A stretch of DNA of 64,000 bases from an uncultured Erysipelotrichaceae bacterium (GCA_902777015.1 CACYSA010000005.1:9031-73030); one strand, 5' to 3'. Counted from the stretch's first letter, positions 1-10,140 are shown. Translations and numbers: made by a program. Notes: generated by a model not told the origin, from the letters alone.

Positions 1-1898
1 CGTTAGTGTTCTTATTTATCTATTTAGGTGATCCTTCTAGTAATGTACCTTTCTTTAGTAAAGTGTTCGCTAAGATGTTTAACACTAGTACCGCTAATGG
101 TTCATTTAAAACAAGAATAGATTCCCCTCAATATGGTTTCCAATTGTTCTTAATTAGCCATGGTATAGGATATGGTCCTAATTTATTTGATACAGTATAT
201 GAATCAATAGGTATTGCTCAAACATCAACATTTGGTTGGTTAGTGGGCGCCTTTGGTATCATGGGCTTATATTTCTTAATTGTCTTTGTGATTGCCTTAT
301 TCTGGTATTTCTTTAAAAAGAACAATTTAAGAACGGCTTTATCTGTCTTAGTCTTTACTGTCATTATCACTAACTGTGAACCAATGTATGCTTTCTCAAT
401 ATTCTGGGTATTAGCGATGTATCCAATTGCTAGCTTAATTAAGAAGAGCTATGTGAAACACGGTTACGTTACTACATTAGATGAATCAGTTACTAATTCT
501 AGTACGGGCACTAAATTAACATTCACTAATTTATCTGGTTCATTAGTCGTTAAAGTATTAGCGCTTTTAATTGGTTTATTTACTTATCCTTTATATATCA
601 AATACTTCGCTAATATGACTCCTATTATGGGTGTAAACGGCAACGAAACAACATATGGTGCGATAGCACTAGGTGCATGGCTAGTTATATTACAAATATT
701 ATCTTGGATATTAACTTTTGATATCGGTATTGGTAATGGTTTAAAAAACAAAGTAGTGGCCGCATTAAATGAAAATAGAAGAGATGATGTTCGTAAATAT
801 ATCTCATGTGCTTATATCACTAATTTAGCGATTATCATCGTTGTTTTAGCATTTGGTGTTCATATTATTGAATCAATTAATTTCAATACCTTACTTAATA
901 TTTCTGAACAAGTAGTGCCTCTTAAAACTCTCCAATTAGCGTTCACTCTTGCCTTTATATCAATCTGCTTAGAATTCTTCTTGAAGATTGTTTTAAATAT
1001 TTATCAAGCATTACAAAAAGAAACAATCGCTTCTTTAATTCCATTATTATCTACAGTTTTATTATTAATATTTGTTTCTATTATTCGTATAGAAAAGATG
1101 GATGAAGCATTAATCGCTATTTCTGGCTTCTATATTGCTTCCGTTAATGTTCCTTTAATTATATTAACTATCATTCTTTTTACTACATCGTTAAAAGACT
1201 GTAAGCCATCGCTTAAGAAATGGTCATTCCCTGTGGCTAGAAGCATTATTACCTTAGGTGGTTTATATTTCTTAATTCAAATATTCTTATTGATTATTAA
1301 TTCGACAAATAAAGTTATTATTTCTCATACATATGGGGCATCTGTAGTTACTGAATATGAACCATATCTAAAGATATTCTCTGCGATCACTATGGTGGGT
1401 AGCGCAATATCTTTACCTTTATGGACATTAACCGTAAGAGCGGATGTTAATAAAGATTATATCTGGATGAAACGCACGCAAAAGATGACAGTCTATATGG
1501 TCATATTATTTATTGTTGGCGCTGCTCTTGCGGCATCATTCTTACAGCTCATATTTAATTTATGGCTAGGTGATGAAACTATTAAAGTCGACTTCTTTAA
1601 AGCGGGTATGTTTGCCTTATGGGCGGTAACGACGATTATCTCTTATTTCGCTAGTGCTTTCGCTAATGGCTTACAAATATTAAAACCACAGTTAATCGTG
1701 TATGGAGTGGGCGCTATCGCTAAAGTACCATTATTTATTGTCTTAAATAAAGTCGTGCCTAATTTAGATTGGATAAGTTTAATTATTATTGATACAGCGA
1801 TTATGTTAATCGCATCAATATTAATGATAGTTATTAATCATATCGCTATTAATAATCGCATTAAAAATTTAGAGGTTAGTAATAATGAAAACAAATAG
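1..1898 (+). CDS. Polysaccharide polymerase (Wzy-like) C-terminal part fused to Wzx-type flippase; 5' end lies outside the window
   Basis: Frame is open from the window edge. First ~145 aa have Wzy/O-antigen ligase-like features (GSFKTR...HGIGYG...FGIMGL). Residues ~165-620 have Wzx motifs (LGAWLVILQILSWILTFDIGIGNGLKN) and ~12 TM segments. Confidence 0.7.
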   Translation, partial: LVFLFIYLGDPSSNVPFFSKVFAKMFNTSTANGSFKTRIDSPQYGFQLFLISHGIGYGPNLFDTVYESIGIAQTSTFGWLVGAFGIMGLYFLIVFVIALFWYFFKKNNLRTALSVLVFTVIITNCEPMYAFSIFWVLAMYPIASLIKKSYVKHGYVTTLDESVTNSSTGTKLTFTNLSGSLVVKVLALLIGLFTYPLYIKYFANMTPIMGVNGNETTYGAIALGAWLVILQILSWILTFDIGIGNGLKNKVVAALNENRRDDVRKYISCAYITNLAIIIVVLAFGVHIIESINFNTLLNISEQVVPLKTLQLAFTLAFISICLEFFLKIVLNIYQALQKETIASLIPLLSTVLLLIFVSIIRIEKMDEALIAISGFYIASVNVPLIILTIILFTTSLKDCKPSLKKWSFPVARSIITLGGLYFLIQIFLLIINSTNKVIISHTYGASVVTEYEPYLKIFSAITMVGSAISLPLWTLTVRADVNKDYIWMKRTQKMTVYMVILFIVGAALAASFLQLIFNLWLGDETIKVDFFKAGMFALWAVTTIISYFASAFANGLQILKPQLIVYGVGAIAKVPLFIVLNKVVPNLDWISLIIIDTAIMLIASILMIVINHIAINNRIKNLEVSNNENK

Positions 1899-3585
1899 AT
1901 TTAAAATCTCTAAATGGATCATGCTTTCTTTAGCCATTCTTTTTAATGGTTTTATTATTGTTTATTCATGTTTAAGTGATAAGGTCACTAATGAATGGTC
2001 ACGTTTTGTTAGTAATATCTTTACTAATCTCATTAATGGTGTGACTCATAAAGAAGTGGAAGTAATTCCTATTACCGCTTTATATCCAGAAATTGATACT
2101 GAACGTACATATAACAAACTTCCTGGTTATGAATTAGATGAAATACCATTAGGGTATTGTAAAGAAATAAGCGCAAACTTTAGACCATTTGACGCTACTA
2201 ATAAAGCGATTAATTTCACGACAGAACAAAATGATGTTGTAAGAATTGAATCAAAATTTGATACCGCTTTTATCTATGGTTTAAGAACAGGTGAAGCTAC
2301 TATCACAATTAGTAATAGTGATAAAACCATTAGTAAAGATGTAAAAGTTAAAGTTGTTGATAATATTGGTCCAATAGAGTTTTACACAGAAATAAAAAAT
2401 AAACAAATCGCTATTGGTCATCCAGAAACAATTAATTTGTCATATCTAGATACTGATAAAGATACAGATAAGTCATATCGTTATTCAATCGCCTATGATT
2501 TTACAAAGCTACATTTTGATTCATCTGATGAAAGTGTCGCTACAGTTGATAAATTTGGTGTCATCCATCCAATAAGCGAAGGGACTAGCCTTATCTCTAT
2601 ATATTGCGATGGTGGTTTAACAGTTCATAACTATGATATTACAGTGGTAGCAGGAACATCACCCACTCCGTATTCTAATTTAGAATTAGAAGGCAGTGAT
2701 GTTTGTTATGAAAATGATTACGTTAAAGATAAAGGAAAAGGCAATAAGTATTGTTATCCATTAACAATTAAAGACAATAATAGTTCTCTAAATCCAAAAG
2801 ATTTCATATGGGAAAGCTCTAATAACTTGAATGTTAAGGTGAACACTAATGGTGTAATGTGGGGCTTTACTAAACTATCAAATACTGATGAACAAGTTAC
2901 TATTACTGCGACAAGTAAAAAGACAGGTCAATCAGTTAGTAAAGTAGTGACACTAAAGAAACAATTACCAGAAAGCATTACTACTTGCTTTACTATGGGT
3001 GAACGTGAAATGTGGTCACCAACACAATTAACAGCCTTTGTGGGTGATGTAGTGACAGCGAAAGTCTATTACGAAGTATCCGCTGATAATCTAAATATCA
3101 TTGTTAACGCATCTAATGATGAAATGGTTGATATTGTTAATCAAGGTAGCAGTGTTGTTTTAGAATTCAAAAAAGAAGGAACTGTTGATATTACTATCAC
3201 CTCCGAGTTAGTGCCTTCATTAAGTAAAAAGACAACATTTACCATCACTAAAGCTGGCGCAATTACTAAAGATGATTATGAAGATCTTAATTTAACAATT
3301 AGAAAATCTATTGGTCATGCGATGATGTTTGGTGTGACTCAAATATTCACATTCTTAGCTATCTATATGTTCTTCTATGATAAGAAGTGGTACTGGTTAG
3401 CGCTTATATCTTTAGGATGTGGTGTTGCTTTGGCAAGTATATCTGAATTAATACAATTCTTTATTCCATTAAGAAGCGGTACATTTATTGATGTTTTAAT
3501 TGATTTATCTGGTGTCGCCATTGGTCTTGCTTTAGTAGTGGGTATCTTATTATTAATTAAGGTATTTAAGAAATTGAACAAGTAA
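1885..3585 (+). CDS. VanZ-family membrane protein with inserted extracellular Ig-like (Big_2) domains
   Basis: N-terminal TM helix; Big_2-like segments (FDSSDESVATVDKFGVI, WESSNNLNVKVNTNG); C-terminal VanZ motifs RKSIGHAMMF and SELIQFFIPLRSGTFIDVLIDLSG. Confidence 0.75.
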   Translation: MKTNRFKISKWIMLSLAILFNGFIIVYSCLSDKVTNEWSRFVSNIFTNLINGVTHKEVEVIPITALYPEIDTERTYNKLPGYELDEIPLGYCKEISANFRPFDATNKAINFTTEQNDVVRIESKFDTAFIYGLRTGEATITISNSDKTISKDVKVKVVDNIGPIEFYTEIKNKQIAIGHPETINLSYLDTDKDTDKSYRYSIAYDFTKLHFDSSDESVATVDKFGVIHPISEGTSLISIYCDGGLTVHNYDITVVAGTSPTPYSNLELEGSDVCYENDYVKDKGKGNKYCYPLTIKDNNSSLNPKDFIWESSNNLNVKVNTNGVMWGFTKLSNTDEQVTITATSKKTGQSVSKVVTLKKQLPESITTCFTMGEREMWSPTQLTAFVGDVVTAKVYYEVSADNLNIIVNASNDEMVDIVNQGSSVVLEFKKEGTVDITITSELVPSLSKKTTFTITKAGAITKDDYEDLNLTIRKSIGHAMMFGVTQIFTFLAIYMFFYDKKWYWLALISLGCGVALASISELIQFFIPLRSGTFIDVLIDLSGVAIGLALVVGILLLIKVFKKLNK

Positions 3586-3797
3586 GTATTCTTCCATAAT
3601 AAGAGTATCTTAATAGACATTAAAAACAGCTGTGATAATTGCCTACTAGCAACAATCTTTTGAATATTATTGCCCAATACGGAAAAAATATTCAGTGAGT
3701 ATTATATTTATTAAGGATAAATAATTAGTAAATACGCAAATACTGCTTAAATATTTAGAAATATAATTGATTTTATGGATATCAATAATTATTTAGT

Positions 3798-3826
3798 TTG
3801 CAAAGTTTGCATATTTCTTTTATAAT
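3798..3826 (+). promoter_or_regulatory. SigA-type promoter overlapped by palindromic operator
   Basis: TTGCAA (3798-3803)-17 nt-TATAAT (3821-3826). Palindrome TGCAAAGTTTGCA at 3799-3811 covers the -35. Confidence 0.65.
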
Positions 3827-3855
3827 GTGCTTACAATCAATAATGGAGGCACACT

Positions 3856-5061
3856 ATGACATTATTAGAAATAAGAAATAAATGTAAATTAACACAAAAA
3901 GAAGCTAGTGATATTACTCATACTTCTTTAAGAACATATTGTTCATATGAAAAAGATGAAGATAAAGCGGATCAACTAAAACTTCAAAGAATTAAACAAT
4001 TATTAGAAGAATACGCTGATAACGATATCAATGTCTTAAAGGATAAAGTCTTATTAATTACCGGTGGTACAGGTTCTTTCGGTGGTGCGGTTCTTAAAAG
4101 ATTTATCACTTCCGATTTAGCGGAAATCCGTATCTTCTCTAGAGATGAAAAAAAACAAGATGATCTTAGACATGAATTACAAGTTAAATATCCAGAACAT
4201 GCTTCTAAAGTTAAATTCTATATCGGTGATGTTCGTTCTTTAGAATCTTGTAAAGGTGTGATGCCTGGTGTTGACTATATCTTCCACGCTGCAGCATTAA
4301 AACAAGTTCCATCTTGTGAATTCTTCCCAATGGAAGCTGTGAGAACAAATGTTATTGGTACTGATAATGTGCTTACCGCTGCAATTGAAGCGGGTGTTAA
4401 ATGTGTCATCTGCTTATCTACAGATAAAGCGGCTTATCCAATTAACGCGATGGGTATTTCTAAAGCCTTAGAAGAAAAAGTCGCTATCGCTAAATCACGT
4501 AACAGTGGTCAAACACGTATTTGCTGTACTAGATACGGTAATGTTATGTGCTCAAGAGGTAGTGTTATCCCATTATGGATTGATCAAATTAGAAGTGGTA
4601 ACCCAATTACCTTAACAGAACCATCTATGACAAGATTTATCATGTCCTTAGATGAAGCGGTTGACTTAGTTTTATTCGCCTTTAAGAATGGTGAAAATGG
4701 TGACTTATTAATCCAAAAAGCACCAGCGTGTACCATCCGTACACAAGCGGAAGCAGTCTGTGAACTCTTTGGTGGTAAGAAATCCGATATTAAAGTTATC
4801 GGTATCAGACATGGTGAAAAAATGTATGAAACATTATTAACCAAAGAAGAATGCGCTAAAGCGGTTGATATGGGTAACTTCTATCGCGTACCTGCGGACA
4901 ACCGTTCTTTAAATTATGATAAATATTTTATTGAAGGTGATAAGAAGAGAGCCACGATTGATGAATTCAATTCCAATAACACTAAAATCTTAGATGTTAA
5001 AGAAACTAAAGCAAAGATTGCGTCTTTAGATTATATTAAAGATAGATTAAATGAAAAATAG
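3856..5061 (+). CDS. fnlA: UDP-GlcNAc 4,6-dehydratase (FnlA/CapE type) with N-terminal XRE HTH fusion
   Basis: GGAGG RBS. First ~55 aa XRE-like (IRNKCKLTQKEAS...LRTYCSYE), then ITGGTGSFG, FSRDEKKQ, HAAALKQVPSCEFFP, STDKAAYPINAMG, RYGNV. Confidence 0.88.
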   Translation: MTLLEIRNKCKLTQKEASDITHTSLRTYCSYEKDEDKADQLKLQRIKQLLEEYADNDINVLKDKVLLITGGTGSFGGAVLKRFITSDLAEIRIFSRDEKKQDDLRHELQVKYPEHASKVKFYIGDVRSLESCKGVMPGVDYIFHAAALKQVPSCEFFPMEAVRTNVIGTDNVLTAAIEAGVKCVICLSTDKAAYPINAMGISKALEEKVAIAKSRNSGQTRICCTRYGNVMCSRGSVIPLWIDQIRSGNPITLTEPSMTRFIMSLDEAVDLVLFAFKNGENGDLLIQKAPACTIRTQAEAVCELFGGKKSDIKVIGIRHGEKMYETLLTKEECAKAVDMGNFYRVPADNRSLNYDKYFIEGDKKRATIDEFNSNNTKILDVKETKAKIASLDYIKDRLNEK

Positions 5062-5072
5062 GAGGCCCCTAT

Positions 5073-6233
5073 ATGTTCAAATGGCAAGATAACGGTAAAA
5101 CCAAACTCTTAATCATCTGTGGCACACGTCCAGAAATCATTAGATTAGCCGCGGTGATGAAAAGAAGTAGAGAATATCTAGATACATGTATTTGTTATAC
5201 AAATCAAAACTATGATAAAAATTTATCAACAGTTTTCTGGGAAGACTTTGATTTAGGTGGTCCAGATATCTTATTACATGTCGCTGGTAAAAACCTTGGT
5301 GAGACATGCGGTAATATCATCTCTCAAACATATGACCTCATGGTGGACCTTAAACCCGAAGCAGTCTTAGTCTTAGGGGACACAAATAGCTGCTTAAGCG
5401 CGATTAACGCGAAAAGATTACATATCCCATTATTCCATATGGAAGCGGGTAACCGCTGCAAAGACGAATGTCTACCAGAAGAAACAAATAGAAGAATCGT
5501 TGATATCATCTCTGATGTCAATCTTCCATATAGTGAAGCGGCGAGAAGATATTTAATCGAATGTGGTATGCCTAAAGAAAGAACATATGTCACTGGTTCT
5601 CCAATGGCGGAAGTTCTCTCTATGAATTTAGATAAGATTAAAAAGAGTGATGTTCTTAAACGCTTAGGCTTAGAAAAGAATAAATACATTCTTTTAAGCG
5701 CGCATAGAGAAGAAAACTTAGATAGTGATAAGAACTTCAATAATCTCTTTAATGCGATTAATGCTTTAGCAAGAAAATATGATATGCCAATTCTTTATTC
5801 TTGCCATCCACGTAGTAAAAAGAAACTAGACGCTAGTGGATTTAAACTTGATCCAAGAGTGAGAGTTAATGAGCCATTAGGATTTAATGATTATAACAAT
5901 TTACAAATGAACGCTTTAGCCATTGTTAGTGATAGTGGCACTCTTCCTGAAGAAAGCAGTTTCTATTTATCAATTAATAGTCCAATCGCTGCAGTCTGTA
6001 TCCGTACATCTACAGAAAGACCAGAAGCCATTGAAGCGGGTGATTTCATCATCGCTGGTATTACTGAAAAAGAATTATTACAAGCTACTGATATGGCTAT
6101 AGAAATGAAGAACAATAATGTATTAGGTAAGCCATGTCCTGATTATGTAGATACATGTGTCTCTATGAAAGTAGTGAGAATCATTCAAAGCTACACAAAT
6201 ATCGTTAATAGAATGGTGTGGAGAAAAGAATAA
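5073..6233 (+). CDS. fnlC: Non-hydrolysing UDP-sugar 2-epimerase (FnlC/CapG type)
   Basis: GTRPEIIRL, LGDTNS, HMEAGNRC, PEETNRR, SDSGTLPEE, TERPEA; context with fnlA/fnlB. Confidence 0.85.
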   Translation: MFKWQDNGKTKLLIICGTRPEIIRLAAVMKRSREYLDTCICYTNQNYDKNLSTVFWEDFDLGGPDILLHVAGKNLGETCGNIISQTYDLMVDLKPEAVLVLGDTNSCLSAINAKRLHIPLFHMEAGNRCKDECLPEETNRRIVDIISDVNLPYSEAARRYLIECGMPKERTYVTGSPMAEVLSMNLDKIKKSDVLKRLGLEKNKYILLSAHREENLDSDKNFNNLFNAINALARKYDMPILYSCHPRSKKKLDASGFKLDPRVRVNEPLGFNDYNNLQMNALAIVSDSGTLPEESSFYLSINSPIAAVCIRTSTERPEAIEAGDFIIAGITEKELLQATDMAIEMKNNNVLGKPCPDYVDTCVSMKVVRIIQSYTNIVNRMVWRKE

Positions 6234-7429
6234 TGAAGATTCTAGTAACTGGTTCTAAAGGCATGGTGGGAACCGCCTTAATCAATAATCTTAAAAATAT
6301 AAGAGACGGTAAAAACAAAACAAGACCTAATATCCATATTGATGAAATATATGAATATGATTTAGGTGATGAAGATAAACTAGATGCTTATTGTGCTGAT
6401 TGTGACTTTGTCTTTAATCTAGCGGGAGTTAATAGACCACAAAATCAAGAAGACTTTATGAAAGGTAATTTTGGTTTTGCTTCTACCTTATTAGAAACAT
6501 TAAAGGAACATCATAATAAAGCTCCTATTATGTTATCTAGTTCCACTCAAGCATCTTTAAGTGGCAGATTTGGTAATAGTGAATATGGTAAAAGTAAATT
6601 AGCGGGAGAAGAATTGTTCTTTAAATACGCTAAAGAGAATAATACTAAAGCATATGTCTATAGATTCCCAAATCTCATGGGCCATAGTAGACCTAAATAT
6701 AACAGTGCGGTATCAACATTTTGTTGGGCGGTTGCTAATGATGAAGAATTCACCGTTAACGATAGAAATACAGAATTAGAACTTCTCTATATTGATGACC
6801 TTATTGAAGGAATGTTCGATTTATTAGAAGGTAAAGAAAAGCACTGCGAATTTGACGGCGTGGACGCTATTTTAAAAGATGATGGTAGATACTGCGTTGT
6901 TCCTGTTACTCATAAAGTGACACTAGGGGAAATCGTTGATCTACTGCAAGAATTTAAAACTCAACCAGTATCATTAATGATGCCAAAGATGCCTGATGGT
7001 AGCTTCGCTAAAAAGTTATTTAGTTTATATTTATCTTATCTACCAAAAGATAAGTTTAAATATCAATTAAAGATGAATGTTGATGATAGGGGTTCTTTTA
7101 CAGAATTAGTTCATACATTAGATTGTGGTCAAGTATCTATTAATATTACTAAACCAGGTATTACCAAAGGTAACCACTGGCATAACTCTAAATGGGAACA
7201 ATTCATCGTTGTCGCGGGACACGGCTTAATCCAAGAAAGAAATATCAACACTGGTGAATTTGTTGAATTCGAAGTCAGTGGTGATAAAGTTGAAGCGGTC
7301 TACATGATTCCAGGTTGGACCCATAATATTATCAATCTATCTAAAACAGAAAACCTTGTTACTGTTATGACATGTAATGAGATATTCAATAAAGATAGAC
7401 CAGATACCTTCTTTGAGATAGTTAAATAA
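6233..7429 (+). CDS. fnlB: CapF/FnlB bifunctional reductase/epimerase (SDR + cupin)
   Basis: Start moved to ATG 6233 (TAATG overlap). ILVTGSKG, NLAGVNRP, YGKSK, DDRGSFTE, KGNHWHNSKWE. Confidence 0.87.
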   Translation: MKILVTGSKGMVGTALINNLKNIRDGKNKTRPNIHIDEIYEYDLGDEDKLDAYCADCDFVFNLAGVNRPQNQEDFMKGNFGFASTLLETLKEHHNKAPIMLSSSTQASLSGRFGNSEYGKSKLAGEELFFKYAKENNTKAYVYRFPNLMGHSRPKYNSAVSTFCWAVANDEEFTVNDRNTELELLYIDDLIEGMFDLLEGKEKHCEFDGVDAILKDDGRYCVVPVTHKVTLGEIVDLLQEFKTQPVSLMMPKMPDGSFAKKLFSLYLSYLPKDKFKYQLKMNVDDRGSFTELVHTLDCGQVSINITKPGITKGNHWHNSKWEQFIVVAGHGLIQERNINTGEFVEFEVSGDKVEAVYMIPGWTHNIINLSKTENLVTVMTCNEIFNKDRPDTFFEIVK

Positions 7430-7455
7430 TTATTCGTTGTATAAACGCAACGAAT

Positions 7456-7484
7456 GTGCAACGAAAACAAATGCGTTGCACTTT
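7456..7484. repeat. Direct repeat copy 1 (GTGCAACGAAAACAAATGCGTTGCACTTT) upstream of AlbA-ATPase gene
   Basis: 29 bp identical to 8786-8814, with internal inverted repeat GTGCAACG/CGTTGCAC. Confidence 0.9.
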
Positions 7485-7523
7485 CGTTGCTTTTTTGATA
7501 TACTGATAGTGAGGAAAAACAGT

Positions 7524-8774
7524 ATGTCAGACAAAGAAAACAAGTACTTAGAATTTAAAGAAAAACAGACTAGAGCATATTTAAAGACAGTTAGCGCGTT
7601 CGCTAATTATTTTGATGGTGAAATTAGATTTGGCGTTGACGATGATGGAAAAATAGTTCCTATTGAAGATCAAAGATCATTTGCTCTCAACCTTGAAAAT
7701 CAAATCAACGATTCTATTAAACCGCGTCCTGATTACTCAATTGTTTGTAACAAAAACGGCACGATTTCTTTGTTTGTTAAAAAAGGAACAAATGCTCCAT
7801 ATTTTTATGACAGCAAAGCTTATACAAGGAAGGATACATCTTCTGTAGAAGTTGACACTATTGAGTTAAAAAGGCTTGTTATGGAAGGAGCTAATAAGAC
7901 TTTCGACGAAATTGATTATTATGGACCAAGCTTATCTTTTAAGGATTTAGAAGAAGCACTAAAAGAATCAATTAAGATTTCTAGTTTTAACAATGATGTT
8001 CTTAAAACATTAGAACTTATTAATACTAGGGGTTATAACAATGCAGCCAGTTTATTATCTGATAGTAATAATTTTCCTGGTGTGGAAATTAGAGTTTTTA
8101 AAGACGATAACACAATCAAAGAAGAAGTTAACCTTGTCGGAAAATCTTTAATTAGACAGTTTAACGAATCCATTGAAGTGTTTAAAAGGAACTATGTAGT
8201 AGAAGAAATTAATGGAGACAAGAGAACCGTTAAAGAATTAATTCCATTAATAGCTTTTAGAGAAATAATCGCTAACGCAATTGTTCATAGAACATACGAT
8301 ATTCCTGCTAACACTAAAGTTGCTATGTATGTAGACCATATTGAAGTATCTTCTCCAGGAGGTCTTATGTTTGGTCTTTCAAAAGAACAATATTTGAGAG
8401 GAGCATTCTCTCAATTAAGAAATCCAATTGTTGCTAGTGTCTTTAAAAGAATTGGAATCATTGAAGCCTTTGCGACTGGTATTAAAAGAACACTTTCCTG
8501 CTATTCAAATCGATCTTCTAAACCTGTTTTCGATGTAGATGAATACGCTATTTCTGTCAGTCTTCCAAACGCCGATATTATTTCTCCAAAAACAATGACC
8601 GAAAACGAGTTGTTGACCAATATGAGTGCCAATATCAAATACACAAGGGCTGAACTAGAAGCGCTCACTGGTTATAACAAAGATAAAATAATTAGAGTTT
8701 TAAACAAACTAATCGAGCAAGGCGCTATTAAAAAGGAAGGCAATGGTAAAGGAACGTTATATTTCGTTGCATAA
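7524..8774 (+). CDS. AlbA_2 (Schlafen-like) + HATPase_c_4 + C-terminal wHTH protein (often annotated RecG-like/ATP-binding)
   Basis: Start ATG 7524 after GAGG. ENKYLEFKE, AFANYFDGEIRFGVDDDG, REIIANAIVHRTY, SSPGGL, RNPIVA; C-terminal TRAELEAL...LIEQGAIKKEGNGKGTLY. Confidence 0.85.
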   Translation: MSDKENKYLEFKEKQTRAYLKTVSAFANYFDGEIRFGVDDDGKIVPIEDQRSFALNLENQINDSIKPRPDYSIVCNKNGTISLFVKKGTNAPYFYDSKAYTRKDTSSVEVDTIELKRLVMEGANKTFDEIDYYGPSLSFKDLEEALKESIKISSFNNDVLKTLELINTRGYNNAASLLSDSNNFPGVEIRVFKDDNTIKEEVNLVGKSLIRQFNESIEVFKRNYVVEEINGDKRTVKELIPLIAFREIIANAIVHRTYDIPANTKVAMYVDHIEVSSPGGLMFGLSKEQYLRGAFSQLRNPIVASVFKRIGIIEAFATGIKRTLSCYSNRSSKPVFDVDEYAISVSLPNADIISPKTMTENELLTNMSANIKYTRAELEALTGYNKDKIIRVLNKLIEQGAIKKEGNGKGTLYFVA

Positions 8775-8785
8775 TTACAACGCAA

Positions 8786-8814
8786 GTGCAACGAAAACAA
8801 ATGCGTTGCACTTT
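8786..8814. repeat. Direct repeat copy 2 downstream of AlbA-ATPase gene
   Basis: Identical to 7456-7484. Confidence 0.9.
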
Positions 8815-8948
8815 TTTTCAAATCACTGAACGAAATTCTTTCATTTCACCGAATGGTTTTCTTTCAAAACGCCGAAAATAATCAAATCAAAGTAAAAACA
8901 AAACTAGTTTTTATGGACTAGTTTTTTGTGGGGTGGTATTTTTTACTT

Positions 8949-10088
8949 ATGAAAAAACTATCTAGTCTCATCTCTAACATGAAACCCTCTGGCATCAGAG
9001 AGTTCTTTAACTATGCTTCTGAAAGACCAGAAGTAACTTCTTTAGGGGTTGGTGAACCTGATTTCACAACACCTAAAGCAATTATAGATGCTGCGAAAGA
9101 TAGTTTAGATAAAGGCAAAACATTCTATACTTCTAACCAAGGTTTACCAGAATTAAGAAATAAGATATCTAAATATTTATTAGATAGATTTAATGTTGAT
9201 TATAAACCTGATGAAATGATACTTACCGCGGGTTCTTCTCAAGGCATACTTGCAGCGTTAATGGCTATCATTAATCCAGGAGATGAAATAATCGTTACTG
9301 AACCAACATATATCTGCTATATCCCTGATATTGAGATGTGTGGTGGTAAAGCAGTAGTGATACCACTTAAAGAAGAGAATAACTTTAAATTAACAAAAGA
9401 AGAATTAGATTCTCATATTACTTCTAAAACCAAAGCGGTCTTCTTATCTTTTCCTAATAACCCAACTGGGGCAATCATGACCAAAGAAGATTTAGAAGAT
9501 ATAGCGCCTCTCATCTTAAAGAATGATTTATACGTTATTAGTGATGAAATATATGCTGAACTCACATATGGTAAGAAGCATTGTTCTATCGCTTCTTTTA
9601 AAGGCTTTAAAGAAAGAACAATATTAATAAACGGTTTCTCTAAAGCTTTTGCGATGACTGGTTGGAGACTAGGCTATGTTTGTGCTCCTAAAGATGTCTT
9701 AGATCAAATATTAAAGATTCAACAATACATTATGTTAAGTGCTCCTACCATGGCGCAGTATGGGGCAATCGCTGCGTTAGATTATTGTGTTTCTGATATG
9801 GAAAACATGGTTAAAGAATATAACCATAGAAGAGAATATCTATTAAGATCATTTAAAGAATTAGGCATTCAATGTTTTACCGCTGAAGGAGCGTTCTATT
9901 TATTCCCTTCTATTAAGAAATTTAATTTATCTTCTAGAGAATTTTGTTTAAAACTATTACAAGAATATGATGTCCTTGTTGTGCCTGGTACCGCCTTTGG
10001 TGACAGTGGTGAAGGCTATATTAGAATTAGCTATGCTGCAGGTATGGATAAATTAGAAAGATTAATCGAAGTATTAAGATTACTCTAG
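8949..10088 (+). CDS. PLP-dependent aminotransferase class I/II (PatA/AspC-like)
   Basis: LGVGEPDF, PNNPTG, SDEIYAEL, NGFSKAFAMTGWRLG, GEGYIRISY. Start set at ATG 8949. Confidence 0.9.
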   Translation: MKKLSSLISNMKPSGIREFFNYASERPEVTSLGVGEPDFTTPKAIIDAAKDSLDKGKTFYTSNQGLPELRNKISKYLLDRFNVDYKPDEMILTAGSSQGILAALMAIINPGDEIIVTEPTYICYIPDIEMCGGKAVVIPLKEENNFKLTKEELDSHITSKTKAVFLSFPNNPTGAIMTKEDLEDIAPLILKNDLYVISDEIYAELTYGKKHCSIASFKGFKERTILINGFSKAFAMTGWRLGYVCAPKDVLDQILKIQQYIMLSAPTMAQYGAIAALDYCVSDMENMVKEYNHRREYLLRSFKELGIQCFTAEGAFYLFPSIKKFNLSSREFCLKLLQEYDVLVVPGTAFGDSGEGYIRISYAAGMDKLERLIEVLRLL

Positions 10089-10140
10089 TTTACGGTACGG
10101 TTTACGATAACTTCTTTACTTGGTTTACGATACGGTTTAC
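10088..10140 (+). repeat. Two 18-nt direct repeats (GTTTACGRTACGGTTTAC) upstream of Fic gene
   Basis: 10088-10105 and 10123-10140 differ at one position; the second runs into TACAAT (10138-10143). Confidence 0.75.

Noticed and set aside
7437-7523. Extended N-termini from the ORF track (also 6218, 8928, 10120, 14952, 19523, 29987, 32258, 50731, 51607, 59461, 59886)
   Set aside because: Downstream ATGs have better RBS or promoter context and match where family similarity begins.
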